Source: an uncultured virus (IMG/VR IMGVR_UViG_3300020577_001549) (taxonomy: Duplodnaviria; Heunggongvirae; Uroviricota; Caudoviricetes). Taken from it: a DNA stretch of 20,000 bases. How positions within the stretch are numbered: the first letter of the stretch is position 1; each line of letters begins with the position of its first letter. Position numbers and translations under genes: made by a program. The stretch lies in the IMG/VR virus record IMGVR_UViG_3300020577_001549. One strand, given 5' to 3'. Shown one piece after another: positions 13,936-20,000 of the stretch. The notes below the pieces were generated by a model. The model was not told where the DNA came from and did no database searches. It was given only the letters and a program-made list of their open reading frames with translations.

Positions 13936-16053
13936 ATGCCACTGAAAAAACTCACCCTTAAAGCCGGTGTCAACCGGGAAAACACACGCTACGCCAACGA
14001 AAACGGTTGGTACGAAAGCGAAAAAGTCCGATTTCGTCAGGGCACGCCTGAAAAGATTGGCGGGTGGAGCCGCATCTCGGCCAACACATACCTTGGTGTG
14101 TGCCGCTCGTTGTGGAACTGGGTGACGTTGACTGGGTCCAACCTGCTGGGTGTGGGCACCAACACAAAGTTCTACATCGAGGGCGGTGGCCCGTATGTGG
14201 ACATCACGCCCATTCGTCGCACGGCTGCACTGAGCAACCCATTTGTGGCTACGGCATCAAGCGCCACCATCACCGTGACCGACGCGGGCCATGGCTGCAT
14301 TTCTGGGGACTACGTCACCTTCACAGGGGCCGTAGGGCTGGGAGGCAACATCACCGCCGCCGTGCTGAATCAGGAATACCAGATCACGGTCACAGGGGTA
14401 AATACCTATACGTTCACCGCCACGGCCACCGCCAACGGGTCCGACACCGGGAACGGCGGCACCGGGGTGATCGCCCAATACCAGATCAACATTGGGTCTG
14501 TCGCGGCGACACCTACTTTGGGCTGGGGTGTGGGCACATGGGGGTCGGGAACGTGGGGGTACGGCTCGACCGCCGTGGACTCTTTGCGCCTGTGGACACA
14601 GACCAACTTTGGTGAAGACCTGATCTTTGCCCCTGTCGGCGGGGCCATCTACTACTGGGACGCCTCGATTGGGACGTCCGCTCCAACCTTCACCGTGACC
14701 ATCGCCGTCCCCGGCGTGATCACCACCGCGGTGTCTTTGGCCGACGGCACGGCTATCTCGTTGACCACCACCGGGGCGCTGCCTACCGGCCTGTCCGTGG
14801 GCACCATCTATTACGTGGTCAGTTCAAGCGGCACCAGCTTCTCGCTTGCAGCCACTTCGGGCGGCGCAGCCATCACCACCAGCGGCACGCAGTCGGGCAC
14901 GCACACCATCTCCACACGCGGTATTCCGGTGACCAGCATGAGCGGCGCATCCTCGGTCCCCACAGTCCAGAACGCCATCTTTGTGTCCGACACCAGCCGT
15001 TTTGTGTTCGCACTGGGCTGCAACGACTACGGCTCAACGACGCAAAACCCCATGCTGTTGCGCTGGTCGGATCAGGAGTCGGTGACGGAGTGGGCACCGG
15101 CAGCCACCAATCAGGCGGGCAGTTTGCTGTTCTCCCACGGCTCCAAGCTTGTCACGGCCATCCAAACCCGGCAGGAAATCGTGGTGTTCACCGACTCGTC
15201 GCTGTATTCCCTGCAATACCTCGGCGCACCCGCCGTCTGGGGCTCCCAGCTGCTCGGTGACAACATCTCGATCGCTGGCCTCAACGCGGCTGCTGTGGCG
15301 TCCGGTACTGTGTATTGGATGGGCGTGGACAAGTTCTACAAGTACGATGGCCGCGTTCAAACGCTGCGCTGTGACCTGCGCCAGTACGTCTATGGCGACA
15401 TCAACCTTGCGCAGTCCGAGCTGTTCTTTGCCAGCACCAACGAAGGCTTCAACGAAGTCTGGTTCTTCTATTGCAGCGCAAGCTCCAACGAGATCGACCG
15501 GTACGTGATCTTCAACTACGCCGAAAACAACGGCGAAGGCGTCTGGTACTACGGCAACATGGTCCGCACAGCGTGGCTCGACTCTGGCCTACGGGATTAC
15601 CCTATGGCAGCCACTCTCGCGCAGAACATCGTGTACCACGAGCTTGGGCTGGACGACAACACCACCGGCACCGCGCAGCCCATCTACGCGCTGATCAGCT
15701 CCTCGGAGTTCGACATTGACGACGGAGACAAGTTCGGCTTCGTCTGGCGCATGCTGCCGGATGTGACATTCCGCGGGTCTTCAGCCCCCAGCCCCACGGG
15801 CACGCTGACGCTGATCCCCATGCAGAGCTCAGGCTCGGGGTACAACAACCCAACCTCGGTGGCAGGCAGCGACGCGGCCACGGTCACGCGCACGGCCACA
15901 GTGCCAATTGAGCAGTTCACCGGTCAGGTGTACGTGCGGGTGCGCGGGCGTCAGATGACCATCCAGTTTGAGTCGAACCAGCTGGGCTGTACGTGGCAGC
16001 TGGGCTACCCTCGAATCGACATCCGGCCCGACGGCCGCAGGGGCAACACATGA
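13936..16053 (+). CDS. Putative tail nozzle/DNA-stabilisation beta-propeller protein (P22 gp10/T7 gp12-like position and architecture), 705 aa
   Basis: SD GAGG. Motifs 'GVNRE.T.Y..E.GWY...KVRFRQG.PEKIGGW', 'LRWSDQE...W.P.ATNQAG', 'EIVVFTD..LYS', 'YWMG.DKFY.YDG.V..L.C', 'FNEVWFFY', 'RTAWLD' and C-terminal 'RVRGRQ...WQLG.PRIDIRPDGRR'. Confidence 0.7.
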   Translation: MPLKKLTLKAGVNRENTRYANENGWYESEKVRFRQGTPEKIGGWSRISANTYLGVCRSLWNWVTLTGSNLLGVGTNTKFYIEGGGPYVDITPIRRTAALSNPFVATASSATITVTDAGHGCISGDYVTFTGAVGLGGNITAAVLNQEYQITVTGVNTYTFTATATANGSDTGNGGTGVIAQYQINIGSVAATPTLGWGVGTWGSGTWGYGSTAVDSLRLWTQTNFGEDLIFAPVGGAIYYWDASIGTSAPTFTVTIAVPGVITTAVSLADGTAISLTTTGALPTGLSVGTIYYVVSSSGTSFSLAATSGGAAITTSGTQSGTHTISTRGIPVTSMSGASSVPTVQNAIFVSDTSRFVFALGCNDYGSTTQNPMLLRWSDQESVTEWAPAATNQAGSLLFSHGSKLVTAIQTRQEIVVFTDSSLYSLQYLGAPAVWGSQLLGDNISIAGLNAAAVASGTVYWMGVDKFYKYDGRVQTLRCDLRQYVYGDINLAQSELFFASTNEGFNEVWFFYCSASSNEIDRYVIFNYAENNGEGVWYYGNMVRTAWLDSGLRDYPMAATLAQNIVYHELGLDDNTTGTAQPIYALISSSEFDIDDGDKFGFVWRMLPDVTFRGSSAPSPTGTLTLIPMQSSGSGYNNPTSVAGSDAATVTRTATVPIEQFTGQVYVRVRGRQMTIQFESNQLGCTWQLGYPRIDIRPDGRRGNT

Positions 16054-16379
16054 CCCGCGTTGTCACATCAGAAAAAGCGCTCAGCCAAGTCACACCCCCC
16101 AACCTGCCGTTGGCACCGGAGGTGTACACACCGCGGTATCTGAACCAGCTCAACAACGTGCTGCGGCTGTACTTCACCCAGCTCAACAAGATCATTGGCC
16201 AGCTCAAAGCTGAGCCGAACTACACGGTGGCCACACTTCCCAGCGCCGTGACCATGGGCGTAGGCTCCCGGCTGTTTGTGACGGACGCCAGCGGCCCCAC
16301 GTTTGGCGCGACTGTTGCCGGTGGTGGCGCGGTCGGTGTTCCGGTATATTCAGACGGAACAAATTGGAAGGTTGGGTGA
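16050..16379 (+). CDS. Putative small tail accessory protein, 109 aa
   Basis: ATGA overlap at 16050. N-terminal 'PPNLPLAPEVY...YLNQLNNVLRLYF.QL' helix plus a C-terminal 'YTVATLPSA...G....VTD......YSDGTNW' domain of the kind found in fibre proteins. Confidence 0.7.
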   Translation: MTRVVTSEKALSQVTPPNLPLAPEVYTPRYLNQLNNVLRLYFTQLNKIIGQLKAEPNYTVATLPSAVTMGVGSRLFVTDASGPTFGATVAGGGAVGVPVYSDGTNWKVG

Positions 16380-16380
16380 T

Positions 16381-16806
16381 ATGGAACAGCAAACCAGTGC
16401 CGAGCAGCAGAAGGTGATTCAGATACTGTATTTCTATTTTTTGAAGCAGTATGGTGACGAGCAGAAAGCCGCCGCCGGGGTGGGGGCCGTGGCTGAGCAA
16501 CTTAAAGACCCCGGGTTCAAACTCGTGCATTTTGGGGACACTGTGTTTGGCATCGCTGTGTCGGACAAAAATACGGTTGAGTTTCAGGCCATGGTCGGCA
16601 AAACAGAAAACCCGACATTGGAAATCCACCAAGCCATGAAAAAGCTCATCAAGTACCTCAAAGGCCTTGATGTGAAACTCATCTACATGCGGTCGCTGCC
16701 AGATCAGGCGGAGCAAGCAAAAAAGTTTTTGCAGCCGTTTAAATTCAAAACCAAAGACGTGGATGTGCAGGGCCAACAGTTTGTTGCGTTCTACAAAGCC
16801 ATTTAA
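16381..16806 (+). CDS. Hypothetical alpha/beta protein, 141 aa (possibly GNAT-like virion assembly factor)
   Basis: ATG at 16381 (MEQQTSAEQQKVIQ), one base after the previous stop. It sits between the nozzle and the putative ejection gene. The fold is inferred only. Confidence 0.6.
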   Translation: MEQQTSAEQQKVIQILYFYFLKQYGDEQKAAAGVGAVAEQLKDPGFKLVHFGDTVFGIAVSDKNTVEFQAMVGKTENPTLEIHQAMKKLIKYLKGLDVKLIYMRSLPDQAEQAKKFLQPFKFKTKDVDVQGQQFVAFYKAI

Positions 16807-16815
16807 GGAGGTCGT

Positions 16816-19800
16816 ATGGGCTGGAATCCGCTTGATTGGGTTACCGACATTGTTGGGGGAATTTTCGACACGGGCAGGGCTGCGCTGCATGGCGATGTTG
16901 GGGCAATTATTTCGCTCGGGGCCATGTTTCTTGGGGCTCCTGCCATTGGTAATTTTGTGGCCAGTAGCGTTGGCCTCACCGGCCTCAGTGCCGCAACAAT
17001 TCAAGCCATTGGTGCGGGCACCATTTCTGGAGCCCAGACTATCGCCAAGGGTGGCGACTTGGGCGATGTCCTCAAGTCCGCCATCGTGGCCGGGGGGACT
17101 TCGTATATTTCTGGCACGCTGGGCAAGGAGATCGCCAGCAATGTCCGCGCTGACGCCATCATGAATGGTGACATGTCGGCGTCAACCGCAGACATACTCG
17201 GCAATGCAGTTGGTGCCGGTGCCTCGGGGCTGCTGTCCAGCTCACTCAGGGTTGCCATCAACGGCAGCAAAGACCCAATCGGGGATATTTTGAAGGGCGG
17301 GCTTACCGCCGGGGTATCCGCCGGGGTGTCCGCTGCGGTTGGAAATCTCGTTAAAGACATACCCGGTATTGGCGATAACGCGGTGCTTAGTCGCGCCACT
17401 CAAGCCGCACTTTCTGCAGCCGTCATGGGGGGCGCGGGCACCGATGCGTTCAGCAAATCGCTGACGGAAAGCGCTTTGGGGTACGCCAAAACCTCGCTCA
17501 AAAACTCGTTCAAAGACAACAGCTACGCACTTACATCGGCCAAGTCGGAGTATGACTTCAACACCCGCAATATAGAAAGCGTGACGCAAAAATATAATGA
17601 TGCGTTGGCGGAAGCCCAGCGTCTGCGGGACCTTGAAGTTGCCACTTCCCGAGGGATCATAGTGGGCCCCCTCGAGGACTACAATATCGCAAAGTCCTAT
17701 TTAGATTCTTGGCATGGTGACCCGACAGCGGCGCAGGTCCGTGAAGCGGCGCGGGCCATCACAGGCCGCGAATACGACCCAAACTATTCTCCGATCTCAT
17801 GGGCAGTAGACGACCTTAAAAAAGCGCTCAATCCGCTGGCTGACCCCAACGTCGCTAGAGCATATGAGCGCTACCAGTACCTGCAGACAAACTTAGGCGA
17901 CTGGGCGGTGGATTCGCTTAGAGAGGCCGACAAGTACAAACAATACTACGATGAGCTGGTCGAACAAAGGCCCACTTTAGAGGCGGAACTCACCAAACAG
18001 GCCGACCGCTACATCCAAAACGAGATGGCGAACGCGGACCTTATTGCCAAAACGCTAACGGATACCGCTGCGGCTCAAGAAAAGTTTCTTGAGGAAGCTG
18101 GGGTTGAGTTGTCCAACGACGACCTTGGCAAGATTTTGAACAACGCCAAAAGCAAAGGCATCAGCGCGGAAGAAGCGGCGGACAACTACTACACGTCCAG
18201 CACCGAGTTCAAAGACACCTTTGAAGCGAAGTATGGCCGACCGCCAGACGAAGCCGAAATGGCCGAATATGAGGAAACGAACGGTTATGTCTCCGCGGAG
18301 ACTGCGGCATATAACGCCTATGTGAGCGGGAAAACAACCCGGGCGGAAGCTGAGATAGCGGAGGCGTATACAGCGGAAACCGGGGACGCCGTTTCCGCAG
18401 ACCAACTGAAAACTATACGCGCCACTGCGGAAATCCGAAATCAGGATTATGGCGACTACGTTGACTCGCTGTTTACCTCGCAAGACGAGTACAAACAAAT
18501 TTTTGAATTTGTGAACAACCGCCCCCCGACTGAGGAAGAGTTGGCGGAGTACGACAGCCATCGTACAGAGTTGGGAAACCGAAACTCGCTGATAGCTGAT
18601 GCGTACAAAGCGGAAATGGGAGTGGACGCCAGTTTAGGCGTGATTTCCGACATCGGGAGCAGAGCTGCCAAGGCGGGCATGTCTGTTGCAGACTACGTGG
18701 AGCAGAATTACACATCCAAGGACGAGTACGCGCAGGCGTTTGAAGCTGCGTATGGTCGAGAGCCCACGGAAGCTGAGCTGAACAAGTACACCAGCGTTGT
18801 AGCCGGCCAAAATGAGTCCGTCACGCAGCAGAAGTTGCTTACCGCTGCCGTCAACGAAGTCTACAAAGCCGAGCTGCCCGACACCAAATCGTCGCTCAAT
18901 GACACTGTGGCTCTCCGATACCGCGACGCCGCAGAGGCTGCGGGCATCCCCCTCACTGAGTACGTGGATAGCCTGTACACAAACAAAGATGAGTTTGCGC
19001 AAGGGTTCAAAGACATTTACGGCCGCGACCCAACCGCCGCAGAAGTGAACTCGCTGTACCGGCCGGATAAGCCCGAAGATCAAATCCTTGCGAAGGTGCA
19101 GGACACCTTCGACCAAAGCCTGTACACGGCAGAAACAGGCTCAAAATCTACGCTTTCTGCAGCGCAGTTGGACGACCTGCGAACCAAAGCCGAGGAGGCG
19201 GGGTTGCCGTTGGCCGAGTACCTTGATCAGAGGCACACCACAAAGGCCGAGTTCACACAGGCGTTCAACGACATTTACGGACGCGACCCAACCGCCGCCG
19301 AAGTGAAGGCATGGAACAACAACGTCTACAAACCCGAGGCCGACACCTTCGCTGCGTTGCAGAAGGCGTATGAGGCCACACAGCCAGCGCCCACACCAGA
19401 GGAGCCAGCACCGGTCGAGCCCACACCAGAGGAGCCCACGCCAGAGGAGCCCACGCCAGAGGAGCCCACACCGGAAGACACAACGGAGGTGGGGGCCCAA
19501 CAGCCTGACGTGCCTTTGGCCAGCGACGAGCAGATCGTGGGCACGCGCGTGGGTATGGACGGCACATTGCGGACAACCATTGAGCGCACCAACCCCAACG
19601 ACCCAAGCCAGTCGATCACCTACGAGCATGTGTATGACCCCGAGACTGGGGACACGTACTACGAGCAGGGCGGCTTCGGTGTGGATGAAGACGGGAACCC
19701 TACCTCTGGCGGCACCACCGTCAGCGACTCCAAACCTTCATGGTCATGGGAAACCCCCGCCGACACTGGCAGCGGCCTGCCAGACGAATCGGACCCGGTG

Positions 19801-20000
19801 GACGAACTTACCCCAGAGGAGCTGGACGACATCTTGAATGGCGGCGGCACCGACACGCCCACACCCGAGGAGCCAACCGATCAAGGCCCCGGCACGCCAG
19901 TCGAGCCCACACCCGAGGAGCCAACCGATCAAGGCCCCCGCACCCACGCTCGGTCCAACGCCAGTTCCCACCCGCTCACCCACCCCCGCGCCCACCACCG
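16816..20000 (+). CDS. Large putative internal virion/DNA-ejection protein, >1060 aa, 3'-truncated (absent from ORF track)
   Basis: SD AAGGAGG at 16805-16811 and ATG 16816 (MGWNPLDWVTDIVGGIFDTG...). I read the frame codon by codon and found no stop to the window end. Hydrophobic Gly/Ala-rich N-terminus, acidic helical middle with repeats, Pro/Thr/Glu-rich distal part. Confidence 0.85.
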   Translation, partial: MGWNPLDWVTDIVGGIFDTGRAALHGDVGAIISLGAMFLGAPAIGNFVASSVGLTGLSAATIQAIGAGTISGAQTIAKGGDLGDVLKSAIVAGGTSYISGTLGKEIASNVRADAIMNGDMSASTADILGNAVGAGASGLLSSSLRVAINGSKDPIGDILKGGLTAGVSAGVSAAVGNLVKDIPGIGDNAVLSRATQAALSAAVMGGAGTDAFSKSLTESALGYAKTSLKNSFKDNSYALTSAKSEYDFNTRNIESVTQKYNDALAEAQRLRDLEVATSRGIIVGPLEDYNIAKSYLDSWHGDPTAAQVREAARAITGREYDPNYSPISWAVDDLKKALNPLADPNVARAYERYQYLQTNLGDWAVDSLREADKYKQYYDELVEQRPTLEAELTKQADRYIQNEMANADLIAKTLTDTAAAQEKFLEEAGVELSNDDLGKILNNAKSKGISAEEAADNYYTSSTEFKDTFEAKYGRPPDEAEMAEYEETNGYVSAETAAYNAYVSGKTTRAEAEIAEAYTAETGDAVSADQLKTIRATAEIRNQDYGDYVDSLFTSQDEYKQIFEFVNNRPPTEEELAEYDSHRTELGNRNSLIADAYKAEMGVDASLGVISDIGSRAAKAGMSVADYVEQNYTSKDEYAQAFEAAYGREPTEAELNKYTSVVAGQNESVTQQKLLTAAVNEVYKAELPDTKSSLNDTVALRYRDAAEAAGIPLTEYVDSLYTNKDEFAQGFKDIYGRDPTAAEVNSLYRPDKPEDQILAKVQDTFDQSLYTAETGSKSTLSAAQLDDLRTKAEEAGLPLAEYLDQRHTTKAEFTQAFNDIYGRDPTAAEVKAWNNNVYKPEADTFAALQKAYEATQPAPTPEEPAPVEPTPEEPTPEEPTPEEPTPEDTTEVGAQQPDVPLASDEQIVGTRVGMDGTLRTTIERTNPNDPSQSITYEHVYDPETGDTYYEQGGFGVDEDGNPTSGGTTVSDSKPSWSWETPADTGSGLPDESDPVDELTPEELDDILNGGGTDTPTPEEPTDQGPGTPVEPTPEEPTDQGPRTHARSNASSHPLTHPRAHH
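18100..19320 (+). repeat. Five internal protein repeats of 79-94 aa with core Y[VL][DE]..[YF]T...E[FY].Q.F...YGR.PT.AE
   Basis: The GR/NR dipeptides start at 18235, 18517, 18754, 19021 and 19279. Repeats 4 and 5 share 41/44 nt (19006-19049 vs 19264-19307). Confidence 0.85.
19390..19479 (+). repeat. Six tandem 15-nt units encoding PTPEE-type pentapeptides
   Basis: CCCACACCAGAGGAG / CCAGCACCGGTCGAG / CCCACACCAGAGGAG / CCCACGCCAGAGGAG x2 / CCCACACCGGAAGAC. Confidence 0.92.
19857..19938 (+). repeat. Perfect 34-nt direct repeat, 48-nt period (PTPEEPTDQGP)
   Basis: GCCCACACCCGAGGAGCCAACCGATCAAGGCCCC at 19857-19890 and 19905-19938. Confidence 0.92.

Noticed and set aside
19006..19307. Near-identical 44-nt pair as a diversity-generating retroelement TR/VR
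   Set aside because: The three mismatches are at third codon positions with A on either copy, both copies are in-frame protein repeats, and there is no reverse transcriptase in the window.
19390..19938. Short direct repeats as a CRISPR array or att sites
   Set aside because: They are in-frame coding repeats without unique spacers of CRISPR length, and no cas or integrase gene is present.
16816..20000. Large ORF as a tape measure protein
   Set aside because: No tail tube, sheath or tail assembly chaperone genes were recognisable. Position after the nozzle-like gene and the Pro-rich linkers fit an ejection protein better, though this is not proven.
1..20000. Alternative genetic code or stop-codon readthrough
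   Set aside because: Genes tile the window densely under the standard code with TAA/TGA stops followed by SD-led or coupled starts, so no recoding is needed to explain them.

Overview
The window is a co-directional (+ strand) late/virion-morphogenesis module of a tailed dsDNA phage, of a type I recognise from uncultured aquatic Caudoviricetes. A Gram-negative, probably proteobacterial host is only weakly inferred, from the GH108 endolysin and a sigma70-like promoter. Gene order: 5'-truncated conserved hypothetical gene, putative capsid decoration protein, major capsid protein (Mu gpT-like) and a bidirectional intrinsic terminator. A ~300-nt intergenic region follows, with a sigma70-like promoter and a compact double-pseudoknotted RNA that probably matches the Mu-gpT-DE motif class. 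Next come small head proteins, a cluster of small Lys/Arg-rich proteins (DUF5872-like halves, DUF6321-like, repeated hydrophobic-[AS]-x-GG motif), two head-tail adaptor-like genes and a CxxC..CxxC protein. These are followed by tail/fibre genes including a 1075-aa mosaic adhesin, a holin + GH108 endolysin cassette, and a nozzle-like protein. The window ends in a >1060-codon, 3'-truncated putative ejection protein that is missing from the supplied ORF track and carries five ~80-95-aa repeats and Pro/Thr/Glu tandem repeats. No tail sheath, tail tube or tape measure gene was recognisable, consistent with a short-tailed (podovirus-like) virion. No tRNA, rRNA, CRISPR, integrase or transposase was seen. 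All family assignments are from motif recognition by eye, not database searches.
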